Positions 18,387 through 27,447 of a DNA stretch of 42,194 nucleotides are shown here, piece by piece. Position 1 is the first letter of the stretch. Each line of letters begins with the position of its first letter. The notes beneath the pieces were generated by a model. It worked only from the letters and a program-made list of their open reading frames with translations, had not been told where the DNA came from and did not search any database. Source of the DNA: Myxococcota bacterium (lineage in GTDB: Bacteria; Myxococcota; JACRCW01); NCBI GenBank assembly GCA_040752415.1, contig JBFMGU010000069.1, forward strand, positions 1-42,194, read 5' to 3'. Made by a program: the position numbers and the translations under genes.

Positions 18387-19672
18387 GACGGGACCCGGAC
18401 CTCCGTCGAGCGCGACACGCGAATGCCCACCACCATCTGCGGTGCCTCCAGTGCAGGCAGGAACATCCCACGGAGCATGTGGATGCTGAAGCCCAGCACA
18501 CCCAGGTAGAGCAGCCACGCGGCCACACGCACGACGAGGGCGGTCTCCGGCAGGAACGGCTCGGTCAGTCGCAGACACAATCCCGCGCCTACCAGCCCCA
18601 GGTTCGCGTACATCCACGGCACCGACGAGGCGCGCCCACGCAGGAAGTTGGGAAACACGCGCTGCATGATGCCCATGACCAGGATGAGGCAGAAGCCGAT
18701 GGCGAAGAGGTGTCGTCCCGCGTCCTGCCAGTAGAACGGATTGCCCGGCAGCACTCCCGTGGCCCCGAGCAGCTGCACCACCGCGCTGACGACGAGAAGC
18801 GCACACGCCACCATGGCATGGACCTGCATCACCTGGCGCTGGCCGCGCGCCTCCCGGTCCAGCATCACCACACGCTCCCGCTCGAAGATGCGCAGCGCCA
18901 CCGCAATCAGCACGCCCGCGACGACGAGGACACCGACGGAGAACACGCGCAGCAGCGGGAACCACGCCCCCGCCACGCGCGCGATCACGGCCACGGACCA
19001 GAGCAGCATCCCGGCGTCGAACCAACGCGGGCGGGGGAGCTGCATGCCCATCATGGCGCTGAACATGCGGTAGCTCATGGCCAGGATGATGGGCGCCACC
19101 ACGCCCAGCAGCATGAGCTCCACGCCCGCGTTTCCGACGTCAAACCCGACCCCGCCGGCCCACAGCAGCGCCCACGCCACGGGGAAGAGCACCAGCGGAA
19201 TGACGAGGAGGGGATGGGGCCGCTCACGCCAGCTCCGACGGGCGGTACGCACGGCGCCGAGGAGGATCCACGTGCCCCAGAGGTTGGCCGCCATGCCCGC
19301 GCCCCAGAGCACGTTGAGGATCCCCGTCGACGCGTGCGCCGCCTCCCCCACCCACAACGCCATCAACGCCACGGCAAAGGCCACAATGGGCCCGCGGATG
19401 GCCTCCGTCCGACGGGAATCCGCCATGAGCATCCCCGGCAGCGCGTGCGTCAGGAACCCCCAGATGACGAGCATGAAGAACCCGCCGAGTTGCAGGACGG
19501 CGTGGAGCTGCGGAGACACCAGCGGTGCCAGCGGCGTTCCCTGCGCGTGCACCAGCAGGAGCGAGAGGCCCTCCAGCGAGCCCGGCCCTGCCAGGAACAA
19601 CACGCCGAGCACGCCACCGAGGCGGATGGGGTTGGAGAGTGAACGGAGCGACGGAGTCATGGGCTGCACCAT
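18383..19672 (-). CDS. NnrS-family-like polytopic membrane protein
   Basis: About 12 TM helices; 'LHAVLQLGGFFMLVIWGFLTHALP' and 'DAGRHLFAIGFCLILVMGIMQRVFP' resemble the His-bearing NnrS repeats. Confidence 0.7.
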   Translation of the reverse strand: MVQPMTPSLRSLSNPIRLGGVLGVLFLAGPGSLEGLSLLLVHAQGTPLAPLVSPQLHAVLQLGGFFMLVIWGFLTHALPGMLMADSRRTEAIRGPIVAFAVALMALWVGEAAHASTGILNVLWGAGMAANLWGTWILLGAVRTARRSWRERPHPLLVIPLVLFPVAWALLWAGGVGFDVGNAGVELMLLGVVAPIILAMSYRMFSAMMGMQLPRPRWFDAGMLLWSVAVIARVAGAWFPLLRVFSVGVLVVAGVLIAVALRIFERERVVMLDREARGQRQVMQVHAMVACALLVVSAVVQLLGATGVLPGNPFYWQDAGRHLFAIGFCLILVMGIMQRVFPNFLRGRASSVPWMYANLGLVGAGLCLRLTEPFLPETALVVRVAAWLLYLGVLGFSIHMLRGMFLPALEAPQMVVGIRVSRSTEVRVPS

Positions 19673-19799
19673 GGGACAGGGAAATCTCCCGTCTTGCAGT
19701 GCAAGGTAACGGCCAGCGGGGAGGCGCCATGACGCGCGGGCTCAAGCGCGGAAACCCGCAGGCGCTGCGTGGAAGACCCGCCTCAGCGCAACGATTTCA

Positions 19800-20708
19800 C
19801 TATTCCACGAAGGAACTGCCGCGGATGCGCTTGGCGCGCTTCTTCTTCTCGACGAGGGCCTCACCAATGGCGCTGGACGAGACGAAGTGCTGCTTGGCCG
19901 TGGTCACGGCCGCAATGGAGAGGGAGAGCAATGGGAACTGCGCGGTGCGCCCCCGCCGGTCCCGCGCCACGTAGTAGCCCTGCTTCATCTCCTCGTCGGA
20001 GTGGTACTTGGCGCGCTGCTGGTCGAACTCCTCGATGATGCGGCCGCAGATGCGGCGGAAGCTGGTGTCCGAGAGCACGAGGACGAAGTCATCACCGCCG
20101 AGGTGCCCCACGAACTCGGAGCCGTCGCCCTCGAGGGTGCAGATGCCGGCGAGCACGCGGGAGGTCATGGCAATGACTTCATTGGCGCGGTCAAACCCGT
20201 AGCTGTCGGCGAAGCTCTTGAAGTTGTCGAGGTCGACGTGACAGACGGCGGTAGGTGTGCCGGCCTTGAGACGCGTCTGGATGGCCGCCTCAATGGCTTC
20301 CGCGCCGGGCAGGTTGGAGGTGGGATTGCGCTCCAGGTTCCTGCGCGCGAGCCGGATGAGCGCACCGCACTTGGCCGCCAGCTCCTCCACCTGGAAGGGC
20401 TTGGTCAGGTAGTCGTCGACGCCGGACTCATAGGCGTGGAGCTTCTCCTCCTCGTCGGAGACCGCGGTCAGCATGAGCACTGGAATCTGCGCCAGGAAGG
20501 GATTGCCGCGGACCTTCTGCAGGAGCTCCAGTCCATCCATCTCCGGCATCTGGCGGTCGACGATGATGAGGTCCGGCAGCGTCTTCCCCAGGAACTCCAA
20601 CGCGGCCGTACCGCCGTGGGCGACGTCCACGGTGAACCCGCGCTGGCTCAGTGCACGACTGATGAGCGCACAGGTCTCCGCATCGTCATCAACCACCAGC
20701 GCGTGCAT
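19800..20708 (-). CDS. Response regulator: REC plus GGDEF-like (GGDDF) domain
   Basis: 'LVVDDD', 'IIVDRQMPEMDG', 'DYLTKPF'; 'DLDNFKSFADSYG', 'GHLGGDDF'; AAGGAG RBS before ATG 20708. Confidence 0.9.
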   Translation of the reverse strand: MHALVVDDDAETCALISRALSQRGFTVDVAHGGTAALEFLGKTLPDLIIVDRQMPEMDGLELLQKVRGNPFLAQIPVLMLTAVSDEEEKLHAYESGVDDYLTKPFQVEELAAKCGALIRLARRNLERNPTSNLPGAEAIEAAIQTRLKAGTPTAVCHVDLDNFKSFADSYGFDRANEVIAMTSRVLAGICTLEGDGSEFVGHLGGDDFVLVLSDTSFRRICGRIIEEFDQQRAKYHSDEEMKQGYYVARDRRGRTAQFPLLSLSIAAVTTAKQHFVSSSAIGEALVEKKKRAKRIRGSSFVE

Positions 20709-20838
20709 CACCACTCCTTCCGCGTCAGCACTCTACTGGAGTGCCCCTTGCCTTGGCACGGACTTCCGCGCCCATTCTCCGTCCGTGCCCCTGTCCACGC
20801 CGAGGGAACCGGTCTGACGACGACAAACAGCCCTGCCG

Positions 20839-22455
20839 TCACTGGGCGGTCACCGGCGGGCGCATCTTCACGGTGGGCGCCTCGTCGGGCGGGGGCGCGG
20901 TGATGGTCCCCACGCTGGTGCGCGGCACGGACGCCAGGAACGCCGCCACCTCGTCCGCGCGCGGCCACCCCTCCACGTCGAGGATGGCGTCCAACGCGTC
21001 GCCCATCTCCTGCGCGGACTGGAACCTTCGGGCCGGGTCGCGCTGGAGCGCGCGCTCCATCCAGGAGTCCCACGCGGCGGAGACGTCGCCACGCACCTGC
21101 GAGGGAGGCTTGACCTCGTCGTTGAGCAGGGCCAGCAGCGTGGCAGCGTCGGAATCACGACGGAAAAGCGGCTCCAGCGCCAGCGCTTCCCACAGGATGA
21201 TGCCAACCGCGAACAGGTCGCAGCGCTCATCCAGCGGCAGCCCCTGCGCCTGTTCCGGCGCCATGTATGACATCTTGCCCATGACGCGACCGGTGAGGGT
21301 GGCCTCCGCATTCCGCAGTGGCTTGGCAATACCAAAGTCCACGATCTTCACGTCGCCACCGTGGCTGAGCAGGATGTTGGGCGGATTGAGGTCGCGGTGG
21401 ATGACGTGGAGGACCTGTCCGCTGTCGTCGCGCGCGCCGCGGTGCGCATAGGCCAGGCCCTGGCAGATCTGCTTGCCAATCCACGCCGCCACCGGGGGTG
21501 GAATCTTCATGCCCGCGGCACGGGACCGACGCAGGAGGTCGGAGAGCGTCATCCCGTCCACGAACTCCATGGCCAGGAAGTACGTGTCCTCCACGCGCCC
21601 GAAATCCAGCACCTGCACGATGTTGGGGTGCGTCAGACGCGCGCACAGCTCGGCCTCGTCGCGGAAGCTCTTCACCAGCTCGGGGTTCTCGACGAGGTGC
21701 GCGTGGATGCGCTTGAGCGCCACGGGCCGCTGGAAACCACCCTCGGGGCAATACGTGGCGCGGAACACCACACCCATGCCGCCCGACGCCAACCGCTCAC
21801 CCAGGCGGTACTTCCCGAACAGCTCCTGCGCACGCGCCTCACCGCTGGCGGTGGTCACGGCGCGTTGCAGCGCCCAGGCCACCAGCGTTCCCACCGCGCC
21901 GGAGACCAGCAGGATCACCGCGCGCACGCCCAGCACGTGCTCGGGTTGCAGCGTCTTGATGGCGGTGAGCTCCACGGGGACCTGGTCCTTGACGTACAGC
22001 AGGTAGACCAGCGCGTATTCCGTCGTTGACACCGCGCTCACCACCAGCGGCAGGAACGTGCGCATGCGCAGCACCGCCAGCATGATGCCAATGGCGTAGA
22101 CCTGCATGGTGGTGGAGCCGGTGACGGCGGTGGCTGCGCCCGCTTCACGCGTGGTGATGAAGAAGACCGCGGTGGGCACCAGCGTCTCGACGAGCGGATT
22201 CACCACCGGCAGCCACCGCGTGCCCTTGCCGCGCTTGAGGAACGCGCGCGCCACCAGCACGTACGCGCAGAACGCGAGCAACACCGGGAGCAGGGACAGC
22301 GCCAGCGACGTCATGCCGCGCACCACCAGCGTGCTGATGATGCCGAGACCGGTCAGGTAGACAATGGCGCTGCCCAGGAGCACCGCGCGCTCCAGGCGGA
22401 CGAACTCCGCGCGCAACGCAACGCGCAAAGGCGTGTCATGGGCGACGCTGGCCAT
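20839..22455 (-). CDS. Hanks-type Ser/Thr protein kinase with N-terminal multi-TM domain
   Basis: 'LASGGMGVVF', 'VALKRI', 'HRDLNPPNIL', 'DFGIAK', 'YMAPEQ'; about 6 TM helices in the N-terminal region; GGGAGG RBS. Confidence 0.93.
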   Translation of the reverse strand: MASVAHDTPLRVALRAEFVRLERAVLLGSAIVYLTGLGIISTLVVRGMTSLALSLLPVLLAFCAYVLVARAFLKRGKGTRWLPVVNPLVETLVPTAVFFITTREAGAATAVTGSTTMQVYAIGIMLAVLRMRTFLPLVVSAVSTTEYALVYLLYVKDQVPVELTAIKTLQPEHVLGVRAVILLVSGAVGTLVAWALQRAVTTASGEARAQELFGKYRLGERLASGGMGVVFRATYCPEGGFQRPVALKRIHAHLVENPELVKSFRDEAELCARLTHPNIVQVLDFGRVEDTYFLAMEFVDGMTLSDLLRRSRAAGMKIPPPVAAWIGKQICQGLAYAHRGARDDSGQVLHVIHRDLNPPNILLSHGGDVKIVDFGIAKPLRNAEATLTGRVMGKMSYMAPEQAQGLPLDERCDLFAVGIILWEALALEPLFRRDSDAATLLALLNDEVKPPSQVRGDVSAAWDSWMERALQRDPARRFQSAQEMGDALDAILDVEGWPRADEVAAFLASVPRTSVGTITAPPPDEAPTVKMRPPVTAQ

Positions 22456-22495
22456 GCATCCTCCCGGTCCACACCCACGCTAGCAGAACCCGGCT

Positions 22496-23680
22496 TCAGG
22501 CGGCGCGGAAGAACGCGGAGGACTGGTAGCGGTCCACGAGCGCGCGCATGAGGATCTTCAGGATGGCGGCGGAAGGCACGGCCACCAGGATGCCCAGGAA
22601 TCCGAACAGGTCACCGAACACCAGGATGGCCACCATGACGAGGAACGGGGACAGCCCCACCGACTCTCCGACGATCATGGGCGTGATGATCCAGCCCTCC
22701 AGCCCCTGCACGACGACAAACACCGCGTACACCATGAGCAGGTGCCCCACCCCGCCCCAATCCAGCACGGCCATCAGCGTGGCCAGGACCACGCCCACGG
22801 TGGTGCCCACGTAGGGAATCATGTTGCCGAAGCCGGCAATCAGCCCCACCAGCAGGGCCAGCGGCAGCCCCACCGCCCACAGCCCCAGCGCGTAGAGCAG
22901 CGCCAGCACCGAGGCCACGGTGAGCTGGCCGCGGATGAAGGAGCCCATGGCGACGTCGATCTCGTGGAAGATGCTGCCCACCGGGGGACGGTGCCGCGGC
23001 GGGATGAGCTCTCCGGCGCGCGCCACGATCAGGTCGAAGTCACGCAGCAGGTAGAAAGCGAACAGCGGAATGAGCAGGGTGCCGGCCAGCCCGCTGAGCA
23101 CGCCCACGGTGCTGCCGTAGAGCACGGTGAGGACGTTGCCCGCCGGCGCCACCATGGCCTTGACGTCGATACCGACGAGGCGCTGCTTCAACGTCTCCAT
23201 GGCGTCGCGGACGTTGTGCGGCGTCTCCACCTTGAAGGTGCTCTCCACCCAGGGAATGAGCTTGTCCAGCGCTTGTCGGACCTTGTCGGGCACCTGCTGG
23301 AACTCCTGCGCCACCTGCGGTCCCAGCAAGACCACCAACAGGGTCAGCGTGACCACGAACCCGACGAGGAGGATCAAGATGGCCACGGTGCGCGGGATGC
23401 GGCGCGCCTCGAAGCGATCCACCACCGGGTCCAACGCGTAGGCCATCACGAAGGCCACGGCGAGCGGCACGGTGACCGAGCGGACATTGGCGGCCAACCA
23501 CAGGATTCCGACGAGAAACGCGAGCAATCCCACCGCCCACGCCAGGTGCGTGCGTGCTTCCGGCGTGCCCAGGGAAACGGTGACGGATTGTGTGGAGGGG
23601 TCCGCCACGTCGGAAACGACGGGAGCGGGTGGAGGTGCGGCGCGTGCACCGTCGGGAGAGCGACGTCGGGAGCGTGCCAT
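22496..23680 (-). CDS. AI-2E family transporter
   Basis: 'AYALDPVVDRFE', 'FYLLRD', 'GSFIRGQL', 'NMIPYVG', 'QGLEGWIITPMIVGESVGL'. Confidence 0.93.
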   Translation of the reverse strand: MARSRRRSPDGARAAPPPAPVVSDVADPSTQSVTVSLGTPEARTHLAWAVGLLAFLVGILWLAANVRSVTVPLAVAFVMAYALDPVVDRFEARRIPRTVAILILLVGFVVTLTLLVVLLGPQVAQEFQQVPDKVRQALDKLIPWVESTFKVETPHNVRDAMETLKQRLVGIDVKAMVAPAGNVLTVLYGSTVGVLSGLAGTLLIPLFAFYLLRDFDLIVARAGELIPPRHRPPVGSIFHEIDVAMGSFIRGQLTVASVLALLYALGLWAVGLPLALLVGLIAGFGNMIPYVGTTVGVVLATLMAVLDWGGVGHLLMVYAVFVVVQGLEGWIITPMIVGESVGLSPFLVMVAILVFGDLFGFLGILVAVPSAAILKILMRALVDRYQSSAFFRAA

Positions 23681-23761
23681 GGGCGGACCATAGAGGGTCC
23701 GGGGAGAGGGGCGGAAGCGTCGGCCACCCGTCGGAGGGAGACCGTGGAAAATCCGGCCATC

Positions 23762-24736
23762 ATGCTGTGGCCACGCTCTCCCGACGCACGGGGGTGCGGG
23801 CCGGGGGTTCGCTTGGCGTTACTGGACGACACCGACACCACGAGCCGCTGCCCGACATGCTGGGGCCGGGCCTTACTGCTCGGTGTCTTGCTGGTGACCG
23901 CTCCCATCGAGGTGGTTGCGCACGAGTGCGAGCCGCGTCCTGGTCGCCCGGGAATCGTGTTGATGGACCTGCCGTTCGTCCTGCCGGCCAATGGCACGCT
24001 CCTTCTCGACCCTTCCGCGGCGTATGAAGGTTTCCATCTCGCGGCGCGTTCACCCACCGGAACGCCGCCGGTGGAGCTCGTCGAGGTTGCCAGCGACGTC
24101 ACCGCCCCCTCCTTCGCGCGCACGTTCGTGGTTTCCGGCGCGCAGCCGGGCGTGACCTATGAGATCGTCACCACGCCCAACAACGACGCGGGCCCGGTCT
24201 ATGACGACGTCGTCGCTGCCATCCAGTTCTCGTCGGAGTCGGACCACGCCGCGCCACCGCGTCCCCAGCTCACGCTGTTCCCCCCAACGGACCGCGGACC
24301 AGATACTCCCCGCTGCAAGACGTTGACCCTTGGCTTGGACCTCGAGATCCCTGCTGAGGTCGACGAGGTGCGTTCCTATTTTGACCTCCTGGCGCGAACG
24401 GGGGACGGTGAGGTTCCCACGCAGCTCGACCCCGCACGGGATGCGGTGGCCTTTCGCTGGCGCGCCCTCCGCGGTGAACATCAGGTGACGGTCGGGGTCG
24501 GTGGCCGGGGCAAGGAGTGGCTCGCCATCCAAACCAGGCTCGTCGACGTGGCCGGCAACGCGAGCGCGTGGGGAGAGATCGCAACGATGCGGTTGTCCTC
24601 GCTGGAGGATGAAGGTGGGTGCCTTCCGACTCCTTGGTGCGTCTGTCGGCTCGCCAGACCCGGGTGGAGCGTCCCCGCCACCATCGCCTTGCTCCCCATG
24701 TTCTTCGCAATCCGCCGCCGGGGACGCGCGCGATGA
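23762..24736 (+). CDS. Exported hypothetical protein with MYXO-CTERM-like C-terminal sorting signal
   Basis: Signal-like 'RALLLGVLLVTAPIEVVA'; C-terminus 'GGCLPTPWCVC...IALLPMFFAIRRRGRAR' (Cys, hydrophobic stretch, Arg cluster). Start uncertain. Confidence 0.65.
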   Translation: MLWPRSPDARGCGPGVRLALLDDTDTTSRCPTCWGRALLLGVLLVTAPIEVVAHECEPRPGRPGIVLMDLPFVLPANGTLLLDPSAAYEGFHLAARSPTGTPPVELVEVASDVTAPSFARTFVVSGAQPGVTYEIVTTPNNDAGPVYDDVVAAIQFSSESDHAAPPRPQLTLFPPTDRGPDTPRCKTLTLGLDLEIPAEVDEVRSYFDLLARTGDGEVPTQLDPARDAVAFRWRALRGEHQVTVGVGGRGKEWLAIQTRLVDVAGNASAWGEIATMRLSSLEDEGGCLPTPWCVCRLARPGWSVPATIALLPMFFAIRRRGRAR

Positions 24737-25938
24737 ACCGGATTGTCGTCGTGGCGCTGGTGATCACCTTGGGGTGTACGTCCGGGGGGACCGGCAAGGT
24801 GGACGAGCCCGTGCCCGACGCCGGGTTCAACTCCCTGACGTCGGACTTGGACGGGATTTGCGTTCCTCAGTCCCCCGCGGAGCCACAATCAAGCTGGAAA
24901 TGGACCCTCCTCCTACGACAACACAGTGAAGTGCACGCGCTCGTGCACACTTCCAACAGTCTGTTCGCGCTGACCGACAACACCGTCCTTCGCATCGACG
25001 ACGGCAGCGTTGCGTGGAGCACGCCAGTGGCAGGCGCGGAGGTCCTGTTGGCCGCGGATGACGGCACACTCTCCGTGATTGGACAGGGATTCGTGCGTGT
25101 TGACGGGGGTGCGGAGGAGGGGAGAACCGTGGTGACGCGGCTGCACACCGACGGCCAGGTTCTCGAACAGATCGAGGTTCAACCCTCCTGGCGCCTCACG
25201 GTGTCTCACGCAACGGCCGGACCGGATGGCGACATCTACATCGCGGGCACGGCGCACCAGGGATTCCCGCTCGCGAACGTCGTGGGCTCGGCGGACGCGC
25301 TGGCGGCGCGGCTTTCCCCCGACGGAACGATGCTCTGGGTACGCACCCTTCCCAGCGAGGGCTACGAAAGCGCGGATGGCATCACCACGGGACCGGATGG
25401 AAGCATCTACCTGGCCTTTGGCGCGGTCGGTTCCCTGCCGCCCCCCGGCCACAGCGGGCAAGATGCGTTCGTGGTCAGACTCAGCCCAGACGGCGCCGAG
25501 GAGTGGATCACTTCTCTCGCCACGTACGAACACGAATACCCGCACTCCGTTCACGTCGGAAATGATGGGCGTGTGTACGTCGCCACCCAGACCATCCTGA
25601 GAGACTATTGGGGTGAGGAGAAGGAGGCCGTGACCCTTCATCAACTCTCGGACGACGGACAAGTACTGTGGAGTGACCTGGTCATGTGGCGCGGTGACAT
25701 CTTCATGGGCGCATTCGTGGTGCGGGACAGCGTGCTCTCCGCGGCGGCGACGGGAGACCTGATGTTGATGTCGCACCAACTCGACGGTTCCCGACGGTAT
25801 GAGCGCCACTCCGGTGGTCCGGGTTCAGAACGCGCACGCGCGCTGGTGGTCGACCAGGATGGCCACTTCTACCTTGGCGGATTCACGTGGGAGGACCAAC
25901 GGATTGCATTCGTGACCGCGTGCCGGGGCCCGTTCTGA
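24733..25938 (+). CDS. Beta-propeller (SBBP-like repeat) lipoprotein
   Basis: Lipobox 'VITLGC'; repeats 'GPDGDIYIAG', 'GPDGSIYLA', 'DAFVVRLSPDG', 'DQDGHFYLGG'; ATGA overlap with the upstream gene. Confidence 0.8.
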   Translation: MNRIVVVALVITLGCTSGGTGKVDEPVPDAGFNSLTSDLDGICVPQSPAEPQSSWKWTLLLRQHSEVHALVHTSNSLFALTDNTVLRIDDGSVAWSTPVAGAEVLLAADDGTLSVIGQGFVRVDGGAEEGRTVVTRLHTDGQVLEQIEVQPSWRLTVSHATAGPDGDIYIAGTAHQGFPLANVVGSADALAARLSPDGTMLWVRTLPSEGYESADGITTGPDGSIYLAFGAVGSLPPPGHSGQDAFVVRLSPDGAEEWITSLATYEHEYPHSVHVGNDGRVYVATQTILRDYWGEEKEAVTLHQLSDDGQVLWSDLVMWRGDIFMGAFVVRDSVLSAAATGDLMLMSHQLDGSRRYERHSGGPGSERARALVVDQDGHFYLGGFTWEDQRIAFVTACRGPF

Positions 25939-27033
25939 TCACGTTCTCGCCGTGGAGTTCGCCTCGCCAAACCGCGTGGCCGCCAGCATCCCGCACGCCG
26001 CGTGACGCTCCCGTCCCCCGCTGTAGCGACGCACCACCGGCACGCCCAGCACCTGCAATCGGTCGCGGAACGCGCTGAGCTCCTCGTCGCTGGCACGCAC
26101 GAACCCGTCGGGCCGGGACTCATTGACGTCGATGAGATTGATGCGCAGCGGCACGTCGGAGAGCAGGCGCTTGAGCTCCGCCACCTCGTCGTCACCGGTG
26201 TTGAGGCCGCCCATCACCACCCATGCCACCGTGGCACGCTCACCGCGACTGAGCGCGTATTCGCGGATGGCGTCGGCCACCTCGGTGAGCGGGAAGCGAC
26301 CAGCCACCGGCAGGAGCGTGCGTCGTCGTTCCGCCACCGCGCTGGTGAGCGAGACGATGAGCCGGAAGCGGTGTCCCTCCCGCGTGTAGCGACGGATCTG
26401 CGGCACCAGTCCCACGGTGGAGATGGTGATGTTCTCCATGCGGATGCGACCCCCGCAGGGATTGCTGAGCACGCGCGCGGCCTGGATGACCTCGTCGTAG
26501 TTGTGGAAAGGCTCACCCTGTCCCATGAACACCGCGCCGGTGACACGACCGGGAGCCTCGTCACGCACGGCCTTGAACGCGCTCACCATCTCCCACGCCT
26601 GCAGGTTGCGCGTGAGCCCGAGCCTCCCGGTGGCGCAGAACGCGCAGCCCATGGCGCAGCCCACCTGCGAGCTGAGGCAGACGGTGAAGCAGCCTTCCTT
26701 GTGCAGCGGGATGCGCACGGCCTCGGTGAGCGCGCCGTCGGGGGAGCGCAGGAGGTACTTGCAGAAGTTGTCGACGGGGTCGGTCACGCGCTCGACGACC
26801 TCCAGCCGCTCCAACCGCGTATGGTCGGCCACCGCCTTGAGCACGGAGGCGCGCACCGGTCGACGACGTTCCGTGGAATCCGGACGCAGGCTGATGGCGT
26901 GCGCGAGCACCCGACGGGCCTCATCCAGCGGGACGTCCACGCCCCGGGCCGTGAGGTGGTCGGTGAGTTGCTCCGGCGTGAACCCCAGGAGGTTGGGAAC
27001 CTTGTCGACGACGTTCATGGCGGGAGGCGCCAT
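25939..27033 (-). CDS. RlmN/Cfr-family radical SAM methyltransferase (divergent RlmN-like)
   Basis: 'VCLSSQVGCAMGCAFCATG', 'FMGQGEP', 'ISTVG', C-terminal 'AACGML'. Confidence 0.88.
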   Translation of the reverse strand: MAPPAMNVVDKVPNLLGFTPEQLTDHLTARGVDVPLDEARRVLAHAISLRPDSTERRRPVRASVLKAVADHTRLERLEVVERVTDPVDNFCKYLLRSPDGALTEAVRIPLHKEGCFTVCLSSQVGCAMGCAFCATGRLGLTRNLQAWEMVSAFKAVRDEAPGRVTGAVFMGQGEPFHNYDEVIQAARVLSNPCGGRIRMENITISTVGLVPQIRRYTREGHRFRLIVSLTSAVAERRRTLLPVAGRFPLTEVADAIREYALSRGERATVAWVVMGGLNTGDDEVAELKRLLSDVPLRINLIDVNESRPDGFVRASDEELSAFRDRLQVLGVPVVRRYSGGRERHAACGMLAATRFGEANSTART

Positions 27034-27042
27034 AGCATCCGG

Positions 27043-27405
27043 TCACCCGTGGTACACGCGGCTGGCCACGATTCTCCCGTCGCGGATGTCCAGCACCTCG
27101 GCCACGGGCATGGGCGGCTCATGGGGGGCGTGGCGCAAGTACTCCATGAACACGCGCTCGTCGTTGGCGGTGAGCGCGGTGAGCTCATAGCGCAGGCCGG
27201 GGAGTCGCTTGTTGGCGTCCTTCCACCAACGCTCCAGGTTGGCCCGCCCCACCAGCTTCCCGCCGGTATCCGGGTGCAGCGTGCGGATCTTGGGAGAGGT
27301 GTGCGTGGCGTCTTCCGCGTACAGCGCGACCAGACCGTCGACGTCATACGCGTTGAAGAGGGTCAGCCAGCGACGGGCAATCTCGAGGTTCTCTGATGCG
27401 CTCAT
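27043..27405 (-). CDS. SnoaL/NTF2-like protein
   Basis: 120 aa; 'FNAYDVDGLVALYAEDA', 'EVLDIRDGRIVASRVYHG'. Confidence 0.85.
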   Translation of the reverse strand: MSASENLEIARRWLTLFNAYDVDGLVALYAEDATHTSPKIRTLHPDTGGKLVGRANLERWWKDANKRLPGLRYELTALTANDERVFMEYLRHAPHEPPMPVAEVLDIRDGRIVASRVYHG

Positions 27406-27447
27406 GGGGGCGCACCCTAGCAAACGGGCGCCCGCGCGCGTGAGGCC

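Noticed and set aside
19729..19745. ATGA...TCAA as an FNR/DNR box upstream of the NnrS-like gene
   Set aside because: Half-site spacing is 9 nt rather than 6, and the half-sites are poor.
20753..20769. TTGGCACG sigma54-like element
   Set aside because: Lacks the -12 TGC and points away from the adjacent minus-strand gene.
22742..23761. Long N-terminal extensions in the ORF track (also 9736-10197, 18387-19025, 27586-28302, 31267-31665)
   Set aside because: They overlap other real genes; downstream starts with an RBS, start/stop overlap or signal peptide fit better.
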